Positions 39,101-49,436 of a stretch of DNA of 64,000 nucleotides are shown here, piece by piece (positions within the stretch are counted from its first letter, which is position 1; every line of letters begins with the position of its first letter). Source of the stretch: Candidatus Cloacimonadales bacterium (GTDB lineage Bacteria > Cloacimonadota > Cloacimonadia > Cloacimonadales > JAFGVF01); contig OY782781.1 in NCBI GenBank assembly GCA_963678315.1, positions 2,816,001 to 2,880,000 on the forward strand, given 5' to 3'. Below the pieces are notes generated by a model. The model searched no databases. It saw nothing but the letters and a program-made list of their open reading frames with translations, and had not been told where the DNA came from. Position numbers and translations under genes: made by a program.

Positions 39101-39474
39101 AACTTAGAAGAAGTAATCTTCATCTTCTGTTTAAGTCGCATATTCCTATTTTGATAATGATCTTGGAATGGTTCATAGAATGACCCATCACTGAACTTTA
39201 AGAAAGTCCGAAAGCCTTGTGTAGAAGTTAAATTGTATGCCCAGTTAGCTGGCAAGAATTCCATGATTGGATTATGTTTACCTTCGAGGCCAATACTACA
39301 TACACATTGTCCTCTATTAACATAGAAAGCCCACATTGGAATACCATTTTTCCCAGCTACTCCAGGGAAGAAAGAAGAGAACAACTTTGAAGAATTATAG
39401 TTATTAATTACAAATTCTCCAGAATTATTCAATTTATATTTTACTTTTTTATTGCTAGTCAAAGCTACCTCCAT
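36160..39474 (-). CDS. GH94-related glycoside phosphorylase, probably a GH161 beta-1,3-glucan phosphorylase
   Basis: SFFPGVAG..GIPMW.FYVNRGQ, YSRKHGDLERDYN.F, GNYRDVNQNRR, WYDALNGLPG and ENESIWLHMEYKY motifs; no signal peptide; the start may be the TTG at 39462. Confidence 0.8.
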   Translation of the reverse strand: MEVALTSNKKVKYKLNNSGEFVINNYNSSKLFSSFFPGVAGKNGIPMWAFYVNRGQCVCSIGLEGKHNPIMEFLPANWAYNLTSTQGFRTFLKFSDGSFYEPFQDHYQNRNMRLKQKMKITSSKLTLVEKNKTLGLQFSVEYFNVPQDKFAGLIRKLKIKNLNDKAIDLEGLDGLPMIVPYGINNFGLKNLRRLFEAFVEVVNHENKAPFFKSKVLPSDTPDVIKVKKGNFYLAFESEDSTSKLLTPIVDPVKVFGIRGDYNYPENFLAKTYDEIADNQILENRLPCAMGRFKRRIAPHSEYEVTTIIGQAASVEELNLLIPTISKNSYVNKKDAENRRIIRELTQNNFILSDDPIFNNYARTNFLDNALRGGFPFSFKGKEKTTTLHLYSRKHGDLERDYNDFRLKATQYSQGNGNYRDVNQNRRSDLFFNPDVKESNLIQFYNLIQLDGFNPLVIKEIRFTIQDKVKLSSVLSKYLNCDDCSAILDFLKKPFTPGEFMEYLKESTLDLPKTTDDFMGEILECCHKEYGTEHGEGYWTDHWTYNLDLLENYLAVYPENKKSILFEDKVFTFYDNPHTVKPRDEKYVIWNDRPMQLDSVALDTEKENLIGQRESNPNLVRTGYGTKEIYHTNLLNKMLNIVINKLTSLDSEGVGVEMESDKPNWYDALNGLPGIIGSSLNETLEIKRNIQFLIESLDEFYDINASFAIFTEMYDFINSYISLTKHKLNAFDFWDNASSLKEEYRKRTRLGISGEEVYVKKSYLMDFLNAGLDKLNLAIEKAWDKEKGIISSYFVNEIEDYHIIEEGKGNTKTPKTSPKGFLCYKVTKFRHRALPLFLEGPVHYLRSNKNIEKSRQLVKNIRQSGLYDRKLNMYKVNECLDTEPDEIGRARTFSPGWFENESIWLHMEYKYILEMLKSGLYEDFFHDFKKVLIPFLKPEMYGRSILENSSFIVSSANPDPDIHGGGYVARLSGATAEFINILLIMIQGKTPFTLNNQLEFSLSPVLPSWLFTNEEKRVKLYKNGKLEEEFVDKDSFSFIFLGKILVTYHNPQRKNTYGQDKAKITSYKITFLNGSEKTYNDSKLSGDIVEAIRDRQVEKIYVTLK

Positions 39475-39526
39475 GAGAGTTCTTTAAAATAGGGAGTGCT
39501 AGTTAAAGCACCCCCAATAAATTATT

Positions 39527-42352
39527 CTACTTCATTAATACCATTTTCTTAGTACCAATTAGTTCATTATCAACTTTTAGCTGATAGAAATAGATACCAG
39601 ATGATACATTATTAGCTTTCCATACTACATTATAGTTATTTGCATCACGTTGACCATTAACCAAGCTTTCTACTAACTGTCCCTTTGAGTTATATATCTT
39701 TAGAGAAACATTACCTGCTCTCTTTAGGGTATAATTTATAGTTGTTTCTGGATTGAAAGGATTAGGGTAATTATTTCCCATAATCACCGAAGAAGCAAGG
39801 TCTACATCATCAGAAGCATTAGCAACTCCACCATCATAGAAATAGATATTATCAACGTAAAGAGTGTTTGGATCGCCACCGAATATTAGTTGTGCTATAT
39901 GACTTTGACCTGTCATATTTGCAAACTCAGTTAATGGAATATCAAAGCTTACCCATTCACCTGTGGCTAGACTTGTACCATCAAAAGTTAGCTCATGTTC
40001 TGTATCATCATTACCCCATACGCCGTCAGCACCAAAGTCAACTAACTTAATTCTAAACTCAGCTTGGTCAGTTGCATCTGGAGTCCATATATCCATATGG
40101 AAATAGTTCATACCACTAGCATCAATTGTTTCGGAAGTAAATTCAATACCAGCAAAGACGAGATCAGTATAGAGCTTAGTAGCATTCTCAGCAATCATAA
40201 CTTCTTCATAATCAGCATTATCCCATTCAGCTGACCAAGTATCTACATTAATATTTGGATAAACATCACTAAAAATAGAAGTAACATCTTCAGCATCTTC
40301 AGTAGGTGTTGGTGCTGCTTCTGAAGGGATTTGAGAAGGATCTTCTACTGTGAAATGAATATAGTAAGATAGCATTACTGTTTCATCTTCAGAAGTTACT
40401 TCAACTTCAGTTGTTCCAGGAAGTTCACTAGCATCCATTACCATATAGGAAGCATTAGGATTGCTAGTTGTTGCTGTTACCATCGGAACATCTGTAGTAC
40501 CTTCAGGGAGCATTACATCATAATTGAACATATCAGAAGCAAAAGCCTCTATGGAAGTTCCATCTACCATTAAGTCACTCAATGTAGCAATAGACTCTTC
40601 TCCTCCTGATGTTTTCCAGAAATATAGGTTATCAAACCAAATAGTACCATTTCCTACTACTTTAAATTGGAATACACCAGATAAGTCTACAAGGTCGCTA
40701 AAAGCTGTTAAAGGAATATCTACACTTACCCATTCTTCTAACTGAATGTTAAATTCATAAGGTGATTCAGCTCCTGTAGAAATGAGGTAAATATTCAAGT
40801 CAGTTGAGTTAGGAGTCCAGAAATCTACATGTAGATATTCGTATTCACTAAGATCTTGACTTGTAAATTCAGTACCTTGATAGTTCAAATTAGCATACTT
40901 CAAGGTATTGTTACCTGCAATCATTTCATTTACTGTAACGACTGTAGATTGCCCCCAATCAGGGTTGTAATTACTATTAGGTACATTGTTGTATGTATCA
41001 CTATAAATCGAAATCACATTGTCGGTATTATGCATAGGTATTTCAGGGGCAGTTGTTGGTTCTGTGATTGGTTGGTCAATAGTGAAGTTGATAGTATAAG
41101 TCTCATTCATACTTGCATCTGCAGAAGTAACTACAACTGTTGTTGTTCCTGGAAGTTCTGTTGCATCATTAACAACATAACTAGCTCCAGGGTCAGTTGT
41201 TGTGGCAGTAACCATAGGAAGATCTGTTGTTCCTTCAGGTAGAACTACATCATAGCTAAATGTTTGAGAATTAAAGCCTTCAATTGTCACACCATCAACT
41301 TGTAAATCACTTAGAGTAGCAACTTGAGCTCCTCCAACTTCTTTCCAGAAGTAGTAGTTATCAAACCAAACTGTTCCATTTCCTACAACTTTGAACTGGA
41401 TAACATCAGCTAAATTTAAAACAGAACTATAAGCTGAAAGAGGTATATCGATGCTTACCCATGTTTCATGAGTAATGTCTAAAGCATAACTAGCTTCTGC
41501 ACCTGGACTGATTAAATAGAAGTCTAAAGTTGTTGAATTAGGAGTCCAGAAATCTACATGTAAGTAATCATACTCTGATACATTTTGAGAAGTAAACTCT
41601 GTACCTTGATAGTTTAAGTTAGCATATTTTAAGGTATTGTTGCCAGCAATCATCTCATTTACAGTAACCATTGTTGATTGTCCCCAACCTGGATTATAGT
41701 TAGAGTTAGGAACATTATCATAAGAATCACTATAAATTGATATAACGTTCTCTGCATCTTGAGTAGGAAGTGCCGGTGCATCTGTTGGTTCTGCTGGTGG
41801 AGGTAGAACTTCACCTTCAGGTAAAACAATATTATCTAAATAAACAAGATTATCTTCTTCTCTTGCAGCGAAATCAGGTATAAGCACAATTCTATTATAT
41901 GTATTACCTATTTGAGCTGAGAAATCAAAGGTAATCTCTTCCCATTGGTTAACTACAGTATTAGGAACTTGTAGTTCTATAGCACCGCTCATTCCTTCAA
42001 ATTTAAGTCCAATATTGCTTATAACTGGCTTATGTATCATAAGAGATACTGTTGAATTATTAGCATCGAATGTGAAAGTTCCATTATCATCAGTGTAGAA
42101 TAATGCCCAAGCATTCCCATCACTTCTAGCTATAAACTTAGCCACTGTAGGTGTTTGATTAGCTCCACTAGAATTAGGGTTTGCTATAAATTCTATTGCT
42201 GGGTTATCTCCATTCTCTTCAACAGTCCAATCCCATTCTGAGCCAACTCCAGCTGACTCAAAATCTACAGTATGGCTTGCTTGAGCAAACATCAAACTTG
42301 TAAATGTTAATAGGACAAATATAAGTAAATTTCTCAAAGTAATCTGTTTCAT
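39527..42352 (-). CDS. Secreted non-catalytic multi-module (putative glycan-binding) protein with a T9SS-like C-terminal domain
   Basis: Signal peptide; three P..AP.P...V.SI.SD.Y modules; two ATLSDL.VDG cadherin-like modules; NYPNPFNP.T C-terminal domain. Confidence 0.75.
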   Translation of the reverse strand: MKQITLRNLLIFVLLTFTSLMFAQASHTVDFESAGVGSEWDWTVEENGDNPAIEFIANPNSSGANQTPTVAKFIARSDGNAWALFYTDDNGTFTFDANNSTVSLMIHKPVISNIGLKFEGMSGAIELQVPNTVVNQWEEITFDFSAQIGNTYNRIVLIPDFAAREEDNLVYLDNIVLPEGEVLPPPAEPTDAPALPTQDAENVISIYSDSYDNVPNSNYNPGWGQSTMVTVNEMIAGNNTLKYANLNYQGTEFTSQNVSEYDYLHVDFWTPNSTTLDFYLISPGAEASYALDITHETWVSIDIPLSAYSSVLNLADVIQFKVVGNGTVWFDNYYFWKEVGGAQVATLSDLQVDGVTIEGFNSQTFSYDVVLPEGTTDLPMVTATTTDPGASYVVNDATELPGTTTVVVTSADASMNETYTINFTIDQPITEPTTAPEIPMHNTDNVISIYSDTYNNVPNSNYNPDWGQSTVVTVNEMIAGNNTLKYANLNYQGTEFTSQDLSEYEYLHVDFWTPNSTDLNIYLISTGAESPYEFNIQLEEWVSVDIPLTAFSDLVDLSGVFQFKVVGNGTIWFDNLYFWKTSGGEESIATLSDLMVDGTSIEAFASDMFNYDVMLPEGTTDVPMVTATTSNPNASYMVMDASELPGTTEVEVTSEDETVMLSYYIHFTVEDPSQIPSEAAPTPTEDAEDVTSIFSDVYPNINVDTWSAEWDNADYEEVMIAENATKLYTDLVFAGIEFTSETIDASGMNYFHMDIWTPDATDQAEFRIKLVDFGADGVWGNDDTEHELTFDGTSLATGEWVSFDIPLTEFANMTGQSHIAQLIFGGDPNTLYVDNIYFYDGGVANASDDVDLASSVIMGNNYPNPFNPETTINYTLKRAGNVSLKIYNSKGQLVESLVNGQRDANNYNVVWKANNVSSGIYFYQLKVDNELIGTKKMVLMK

Positions 42353-42353
42353 C

Positions 42354-43463
42354 TTATCCTCCAAAATTAGTATCTTTTATTTTTCTTGTATAATCTATAA
42401 ATGATTGTTTAGGCTTCCTATTCTCATAGAATATACCCCAGTTCTTCTCAACTTCATTGCTTCCAGTAGAGTCTCCTCCACCTTTCCAGGGTTCATCAAA
42501 GACTTCAAATAAGAAGGTTAATCTCTTATTCTTCTTAGTCCATGTAGCAAGTTCTTGTAGAAACTTTCCCTGTGTTTCAACATCTGCTTTCCCCTTAATC
42601 AATGTTCCCTGTTGTCCATCACCTTTTTTGTTTGCATTGTAATTAGATGCCCAGCCAATTTCACCGACTACTAGCTGCTTTTCAGGATGAAGTTCCTGAA
42701 TTTTTACAAGTTCAGAGTCAACCCATTCCATTGAATTTTCAAGACTTTTGCCATTCCATAAAGGGTGAATATGACAAGTTATAAAGTCTATTTCCTGAGC
42801 TACTTTCTTGCTTTCTTCTTTGTTCCAAAAATTGTAATCATCTGCAGTGCTTATTGGTTTATTGACATTTGAGCGAATTACTTTAATGTACTTTATTAAG
42901 CTATCTATCTTCATTTTATGCCAAGACCAATAAACTTGAGTTTCATTACCAACGCTAACAGCAAAAATCTCTTCATTATATTCATTTGTTTGTCTAATTG
43001 CTTCAACAACATTGTTGATATTCTCTAGACGTTTTTCTTCTGAATCTTCTTTACCCAACCACACACCTAACATGACTTTTAGTGGTAATTGTTCTGCTCT
43101 AATTGTTTCTAAAATCATCTTACTCACTGCATCAGCATTATATAATCTAATTATATCAAAATGCTCTGCGATAATGTATAAGTCTTCTATTATTTGATCT
43201 TTTGATGGGTTTTTTACTCCTGGAGCTTGACCCTTTCGATATAAACTCACGCTTACTTGTATCCTTGAAAAATCGCTGTTTTTTAAAAGAGGCAAGTAAG
43301 GGTCAAGGGTAGTTGCACTGTCTATAGAATAATTTTTAGCAATTAATTCAGATTTTAACTTATCTAGATCTAAGCTATTATCTTGCTCTATCACTTGAGC
43401 TTGCTGAGAACATGAAAGAAGAATCAAGCTTAGTATAATGAGAATAAGATTATAAATCTTCAT
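42354..43463 (-). CDS. GH17 beta-1,3-glucanase/glucosidase lipoprotein
   Basis: Lipobox LLSC; IRLY, VGNE, GEIGW and FDEPWK...E..WG motifs. Confidence 0.88.
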   Translation of the reverse strand: MKIYNLILIILSLILLSCSQQAQVIEQDNSLDLDKLKSELIAKNYSIDSATTLDPYLPLLKNSDFSRIQVSVSLYRKGQAPGVKNPSKDQIIEDLYIIAEHFDIIRLYNADAVSKMILETIRAEQLPLKVMLGVWLGKEDSEEKRLENINNVVEAIRQTNEYNEEIFAVSVGNETQVYWSWHKMKIDSLIKYIKVIRSNVNKPISTADDYNFWNKEESKKVAQEIDFITCHIHPLWNGKSLENSMEWVDSELVKIQELHPEKQLVVGEIGWASNYNANKKGDGQQGTLIKGKADVETQGKFLQELATWTKKNKRLTFLFEVFDEPWKGGGDSTGSNEVEKNWGIFYENRKPKQSFIDYTRKIKDTNFGG

Positions 43464-43472
43464 AGTTTCACC

Positions 43473-45161
43473 TTAATATTTCATTTGAAGTGTTTCTAAA
43501 GAATTTGCTGGTATTTCAACTTGAATATAGCTATCTTCAATTTGAATACTTGTAGAAATTATTTCATCAGAAGTGTTTAGCATTTGTATAGATATCTCTT
43601 TAGCCGAATTAATAGTTGCTAGAACATGTAAGTCATCATCATCTAAAGTAGAATTTACAACTTTGTTTGTGATAACATAATCTCCCGGTCTAATTGTTCT
43701 GCTAAACTGAGATAAAATATTATAGATAGGAGTATAATATACTTCTTTTGTTTGCCTATCAATCATGATGGGAGCCCCACAGAAGTTTCCAACATGATTA
43801 GGTCCACCCTTACTGTCTAACACTACATTCCAGTCTATCCAGCCAGAAACCCAGTTATCAAGACTAAGGATTATATTTCTAGCATATCGATGAACAGGAG
43901 TATAGATAGGATGATCTTCAACCTTTACTCCTTGCCATGTCACACTGTAAGCCCAGTCTGTAGCATTAGGATTCCACCAAAAGTCATCATTGTTAAACCA
44001 ATCTTTTTCCTTAAATCGAACAGTGTCAGTTACTCCACCTGGTGCATCTTTACCTAAATCATCAATACAACCTTCAGTATGCATTATATCAAAATCAGGG
44101 TATTTGTCATGAACTCTTCTTAATACATCTTCATATACTTTGTTAGTAGACTCATACCAGTGTATTGCAGCGCCATACACATACTCAGAACTTAGATTAT
44201 CATTATAAATAGGCTCAACCCATTCCTCAAGTCCATCTCTGTTTTGGTCATAAATTAGTAACTTTACATCTTTAAATTTATTCTCTTGAAGCTTTGGTCC
44301 TAAATATCTTTTGATAAAGCTATTTTGACTTTCAGGAGTAAATTTCATAGATTCCCATTGACCATTGTTGCCATGTGGCTCATTTACAGGAGTAATACCC
44401 CAAATATCAATACCAACCATTTGATAAGCTTGTAAGTACTTAATCAGATAATCAGCATAAACTTCTTCATATTCAGCTTTTAAAGAACCACCTGTACCTT
44501 GCCAGTTATTCTCTGGAGTTCCAGGAATGTACCAAGTCTCTATATCCTTCATCCAAGCTGGGGCTGTCCAAGCTGAGGCTACAATATTTAGAGTCTTGTC
44601 TTTCTGCTGACTTTTAACTTGATAAGCCTCCATAATCATAGGAAGTAAATCATAAGAAGTTTTAACAAGATCTGGGTATTTTTGTTTATCAAAACCTTTT
44701 AAATCATTCATTATCGAAAAGTTAGAAAGGTTTATATCATCAGCAAGGTCGTTATATGAATATTTCCCTTGGACTGTAAAGTCACATGAACCAATATGGG
44801 TTCTGGCTAAACTGAAGTTTGCACCCTTCTCCCCATAGATGTTTTCCATGACTTCCTTTCTATCATTTTCTGAGAGATGAGCCAGTACAAAAGCAGAAGA
44901 TTCTGTGAAAGAAGAACCGATTCCTACAATTGCTTGTTTTTTCATATCAGGATAGACTTCTATGACAAGACCATTTGCTTTCCCTTTATTAACTTCTAGA
45001 CTAGGCATTTGTTCTTGTATAGCTCCAGCTGAAGAAGTTAAAATTACTTTAGCAATATTGGCTTGTCTAGATGAATCAACTTCGTTCATAGAACAGCCAG
45101 TAATTATTAATGTTAAGATAATTATCCTAAAGACACTAGGAATTCTACTTATATTGTTCAT
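43473..45161 (-). CDS. GH30 (glucosylceramidase-like) glycoside hydrolase lipoprotein
   Basis: Lipobox ITGC; ARTHIGSCDF, SAWTAPAWMK, NEP, HWY, TEGC and WIDWN...GGPNHV motifs. Confidence 0.88.
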   Translation of the reverse strand: MNNISRIPSVFRIIILTLIITGCSMNEVDSSRQANIAKVILTSSAGAIQEQMPSLEVNKGKANGLVIEVYPDMKKQAIVGIGSSFTESSAFVLAHLSENDRKEVMENIYGEKGANFSLARTHIGSCDFTVQGKYSYNDLADDINLSNFSIMNDLKGFDKQKYPDLVKTSYDLLPMIMEAYQVKSQQKDKTLNIVASAWTAPAWMKDIETWYIPGTPENNWQGTGGSLKAEYEEVYADYLIKYLQAYQMVGIDIWGITPVNEPHGNNGQWESMKFTPESQNSFIKRYLGPKLQENKFKDVKLLIYDQNRDGLEEWVEPIYNDNLSSEYVYGAAIHWYESTNKVYEDVLRRVHDKYPDFDIMHTEGCIDDLGKDAPGGVTDTVRFKEKDWFNNDDFWWNPNATDWAYSVTWQGVKVEDHPIYTPVHRYARNIILSLDNWVSGWIDWNVVLDSKGGPNHVGNFCGAPIMIDRQTKEVYYTPIYNILSQFSRTIRPGDYVITNKVVNSTLDDDDLHVLATINSAKEISIQMLNTSDEIISTSIQIEDSYIQVEIPANSLETLQMKY

Positions 45162-45173
45162 AGCTCATCTCAC

Positions 45174-46622
45174 TCAATTTACAAGTTTACTTTTATGTTC
45201 TTTTCTTTTCTTAAGCTCATCACGAATTTCATAAGACATCTTCTCAGTTAGGCTATACTTAGACATCACAATTATAGCTACTACAGCACCAATAATTGGG
45301 ACTATACTATAGGCTAGTCTAACACCTGTTATTGCACCAACAACTTGTTGACTTGCATCAGGATTGAATCCAACAAATGCCATTATAGCACCACTAAGTA
45401 GTCCTGCAAAAGCCTGACCAAACTTAACCATCCACCAATATATAGCTCCAAAAACGCCTTCTCTTCTTAAACCAGAATTAAGTTCATCTAAGTCACAAAC
45501 ATCAGCAGTCATAGACATCATCAAAGTAAATAGTCCACCAATACCAAATGAAAAGAATGGAAGCGGGATGAATATTAACCATGGCTTTCCAGGAACAAAA
45601 CAGAACCAGAAAAGGATGTAACCAATAAGAGAGATTGACTGAGTGATGATAAACGCTTTCTTTTTACCAAACTTCTTGGAAATAGGTGTTATAAGTGGTA
45701 TTACTAAGAATGTAGTAAAAATAGCACCAATAGAACCATTTAGTGTTGGCCACAAACCAGCATCTCCCGCATTTCCATTGAACATATAATGAACAATGAT
45801 GAAGAATGAGAATGCTGCAATTGTGTTGAAAGAATTAAAGACAAGGAATGTAGAAATACATAGCTTTCTAAAAGGTTTTAGTTTTAGAGCTTCTCCGAAC
45901 TCATGAAAAAGAGTCTTTAAATTATTTGATATATTCTGTCTGTTAAGTTCTTTATATTCTGTATTATTAAGAGTTGATTTACTTTTAACAAATATAGCAG
46001 GAACTGCTGCCAAAAGCATACAAATAAGTCCTACCCAAACAGCGAGGTATCTACTTCCTGCTGCTGCATCAGCAAACCATTCTTGTTTGTAGATTACCAC
46101 CCAGAACCATGGGGCTATAACCCATGCCCATTGACCAATCCATTGGGCAACAGCCATTATCTTAGTTCTTTCATGAAAATCACTACTCATTTCATAGCCC
46201 ATTGCAACATAAGGGACACTAAAAATGGTCAATCCTAAGTAGAAAATTAGTGAGAAAAACATGAAATAATAGAAGTTATAGTTTAGTCCATTAGAGGCAT
46301 ACAATTGCCACATGAAGACAAAGCTCAGACCTGTAATAAGGGCACCTAGTAAAACATATTGACGTCTTCTACCCCATTTAGATCTAGTATTATCAGAGAT
46401 AAAGCCCATCATTGGGTCTGTTATAGCATCAAATAATCTAGGGAAGAAGAAGATAAGTCCCCATAAGAAAGGAGAAAAACCTAGTCCTTGAACTAAGACA
46501 ATCATAAAGACACCTAAGGCAGCTGGAAACATTTGATTAGCAAGCATTCCTATACCAAAGGCAACCTTTTGCGACATTGGTACAGAGTCCCTTCTAACTA
46601 CATTGCTATTTATATTATTCAT
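45174..46622 (-). CDS. MFS/GPH sugar:cation symporter
   Basis: DAITDPMMG.ISD.TRSKWGRRR and AD..D..E...G.RREG motifs; multiple TM helices. Confidence 0.92.
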   Translation of the reverse strand: MNNINSNVVRRDSVPMSQKVAFGIGMLANQMFPAALGVFMIVLVQGLGFSPFLWGLIFFFPRLFDAITDPMMGFISDNTRSKWGRRRQYVLLGALITGLSFVFMWQLYASNGLNYNFYYFMFFSLIFYLGLTIFSVPYVAMGYEMSSDFHERTKIMAVAQWIGQWAWVIAPWFWVVIYKQEWFADAAAGSRYLAVWVGLICMLLAAVPAIFVKSKSTLNNTEYKELNRQNISNNLKTLFHEFGEALKLKPFRKLCISTFLVFNSFNTIAAFSFFIIVHYMFNGNAGDAGLWPTLNGSIGAIFTTFLVIPLITPISKKFGKKKAFIITQSISLIGYILFWFCFVPGKPWLIFIPLPFFSFGIGGLFTLMMSMTADVCDLDELNSGLRREGVFGAIYWWMVKFGQAFAGLLSGAIMAFVGFNPDASQQVVGAITGVRLAYSIVPIIGAVVAIIVMSKYSLTEKMSYEIRDELKKRKEHKSKLVN

Positions 46623-46641
46623 AATAAGTTATCCTCTTTCT

Positions 46642-49362
46642 TTAGTTGCTAAGGTAAATATCATCAAGATATAACTTACCGAACAATAGGTTATTTGAAA
46701 TATCATTAGGATTCCAAATTCCAAGGTATCTAAAGTCAGTTAAATCTACTCCAGTGAAATCACTTAATGGAACTTCATAAATGTACCAATCTCCTTGCAT
46801 AGAAGGAGTATAGTTTGCTATATCAACTTCAAGTTGACCACCAGAATTATCTTCAAGCTTTATGCCTAGATGTACTAAAGCAGAAAGTTCTGTTTTATTG
46901 ATAGCAAAGTTTAGTCTTGTATAAGAAGTAATATCTTGACCTGGGGTTCCAAAATTAAAGGCTATTCCTCCCCAACCATTACCAGAATCTTGGAAATCGA
47001 TAGATAAACAATGGTTCCCTTCTAGAGCTGTTATTTCTGTGTTTTCAAGATTTACTTCCACAACATTACCACTCCAATCAGCACTGTTAATAACCTGACT
47101 ATAGGCTATTACACTTCCATTATGAGTTTCTGTGTAGATTCCACCTTCTTCACCATCTGGTATTTCAATTTCATCCATAGATAAATAGATATTGTCGAAA
47201 AAGAGCTTGCCAAAGAGTAGATTGTTTGAAGCATCTTTTGGACTCCATATACCTAAGTATTTCAAGTCACTAAAATCAACCCCTACAAAATTATTTATAG
47301 GTATTTTATATATTGACCAATCTCCTTGGAGTAAAGGACTATAGTTTGAGATATCAAGCTCTGTTTGATTTCCAGCATTATCTTCAAACTTCATTCCTAA
47401 GTGAACTAAATTATTCATTTGAGTACTATTTACAGCGAATGAGAAAGTCAAGAATTCACTTACATCCTGGTTATTATTTGAGAAATCAAAGGCAATACCA
47501 CCCCACCCAACTCCTAGATCTTGGAAATCTACAGAAAGTGAATAAGTACCATCATAAGGAGTAACCTCTGTACTTTCAACATCTGGCTCTCCAATGTTAC
47601 CACTCCAATCTGCGCTATTGATAATTTGTGAATAAGATAAAGTAGCATCTGTGTATGTTTCAGAATATATCGCTATGTTATTAGATGGCTCTTGATTTTC
47701 TTCCATCATTGCACTAGCACTTTTAAGTAAGCCATTTGAATCTGTATAAGTAACTGTTAAATATTGACCTGGAACAAAGACTACTTGTTCTGAATTAGCG
47801 TCTGAGGAAACAAATTCTATTGTTTTACTGCCAGTTCCAGAGTTATCTAAGTCTAGAGAAATTTCAAAGCTTTGTTGAGAATTATCAACAGTAACATTGA
47901 CAGAGCTATCAATCAATCCTTCATCCATAACAGTAATTACTGCATTAGTTGAATCTTCAGTGTATGTTGCAGAATCAAGCATAATACTTGAGCTGTTTAG
48001 ACCACCACCACTATAGTATATGTCATCTATTGCAAAGTGACATTGAACTCCATTCTCTTCTCGAATGATGAAGACATAGTCTGAATTAGATAAATCAACT
48101 CCTACTGCAAGTTCTTGTAGAGGAATTGATGCCTTTCCCCATTCCCCATCTCTTACTAAGCCATAAGCAGTTTGATTTGCTGGGAATTCAAGGTAGTTTT
48201 CATTGCCATTTATATCATTCATACCTATTTGAAAAGTAACTTCAGCAGGTATCTTAATCATGAAGTTTAGGTAACCAGCTTGGAAATTGCTTAGATTAAG
48301 AGCTTCGTTCATCTTGATTCCACAGCCAAACCAACCAATGCCAGTAGTTAGCCATGTCATGCCTGCATCTCCTTCATAAGGATCGATTGAACCAGGAGAT
48401 AAAGTATTTTCCCAAACATATATCTCTGCATCAGCACCAACAACAATATTAGCATCTACTGGGCTCGTTTCTGTAAAGATACCAAGTGTTTCTACATCTC
48501 CGCTAGTATCTTCAATTTGATATACTCGTACCCAATCAATTAGCATTTCTTGAGGCCATTCAGTTGTTGAATCAGGTGCTCCACCAAGATTACCACCTAC
48601 TGCATTGTTGAGGATTATGAAAAAGTCGTTCATGAATTCACTCATAGTCTCAGGATCTATAATTTTAGTGAAATAAGTTACTCCATCAATACGTCCAACT
48701 ATCTTATCTGCATCCCATTCAACTTCAAAGATATGGTAATCTTCAGCAAGAGAGTATTCAAATTCTTTAGTTTGACTATAATAGACTCTTTCTCCATCCT
48801 CTTCCCAATGAACAGTGCACATTGTAGTATTCTCGTTATGATAGAAGGAGGACATTTCCATAACATCTATCTCTCCACATTGAGGCCAGCCAATTGTATC
48901 ATAATTTGCCCCTAACATCCAGAAAGCAGGCCACATACCCATTGTGCGAGGAGGTTTTATCTTGGCTTGAATCATACCATATTTGAAAGAATACTTGTTT
49001 TTTGTATTCACTCTTCCTGATGTGATTGAGCCATCCCTTTTACCGGGAGCAGAATAGTTTTCTGAATCGAATCGGGTGGTTATTACAAGGTTACCATTTT
49101 CTACTTTAACATTATCTTGAGAGTTGGTATATAATTGCCATTCATCATTACCCCAGCCATCTTGACCATACCCTTCTTCAATATTCCATTTAGTAGCATC
49201 TAATTGTGTAGATTCTTGATTAAATTCATCCGACCATACTAAAGTATAATTCTGTGATGGTAAAGTATCTTCAATTTGTTGAGGTTCTGTAGAATTGTCA
49301 CAACTAAATAAAATAGGAATCAATAATAAATATAACAATTTATAAATATTTCTGCTAGCCAT
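46642..49362 (-). CDS. GH16 laminarinase lipoprotein with C-terminal CBM-like repeats
   Basis: Lipobox LFSC from the ATG at 49362 (GGAGG RBS); LVWSDEF, WPAFWM and GEIDVME catalytic motifs; two tandem SADWSGN...GWGGIAF modules. Confidence 0.9.
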   Translation of the reverse strand: MASRNIYKLLYLLLIPILFSCDNSTEPQQIEDTLPSQNYTLVWSDEFNQESTQLDATKWNIEEGYGQDGWGNDEWQLYTNSQDNVKVENGNLVITTRFDSENYSAPGKRDGSITSGRVNTKNKYSFKYGMIQAKIKPPRTMGMWPAFWMLGANYDTIGWPQCGEIDVMEMSSFYHNENTTMCTVHWEEDGERVYYSQTKEFEYSLAEDYHIFEVEWDADKIVGRIDGVTYFTKIIDPETMSEFMNDFFIILNNAVGGNLGGAPDSTTEWPQEMLIDWVRVYQIEDTSGDVETLGIFTETSPVDANIVVGADAEIYVWENTLSPGSIDPYEGDAGMTWLTTGIGWFGCGIKMNEALNLSNFQAGYLNFMIKIPAEVTFQIGMNDINGNENYLEFPANQTAYGLVRDGEWGKASIPLQELAVGVDLSNSDYVFIIREENGVQCHFAIDDIYYSGGGLNSSSIMLDSATYTEDSTNAVITVMDEGLIDSSVNVTVDNSQQSFEISLDLDNSGTGSKTIEFVSSDANSEQVVFVPGQYLTVTYTDSNGLLKSASAMMEENQEPSNNIAIYSETYTDATLSYSQIINSADWSGNIGEPDVESTEVTPYDGTYSLSVDFQDLGVGWGGIAFDFSNNNQDVSEFLTFSFAVNSTQMNNLVHLGMKFEDNAGNQTELDISNYSPLLQGDWSIYKIPINNFVGVDFSDLKYLGIWSPKDASNNLLFGKLFFDNIYLSMDEIEIPDGEEGGIYTETHNGSVIAYSQVINSADWSGNVVEVNLENTEITALEGNHCLSIDFQDSGNGWGGIAFNFGTPGQDITSYTRLNFAINKTELSALVHLGIKLEDNSGGQLEVDIANYTPSMQGDWYIYEVPLSDFTGVDLTDFRYLGIWNPNDISNNLLFGKLYLDDIYLSN

Positions 49363-49424
49363 TATAAATCCTCCACTAGTCCTTAGTTTTTTTATCTTAA
49401 CATAATATAATAATAACATGTTTA

Positions 49425-49436
49425 TGCTATATAGCA
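49425..49436. promoter_or_regulatory. Candidate operator TGCTATATAGCA
   Basis: Perfect 12-bp palindrome downstream of a minus-strand TTGACA (49465-49460); near-copy at 50976-50987. Confidence 0.6.
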
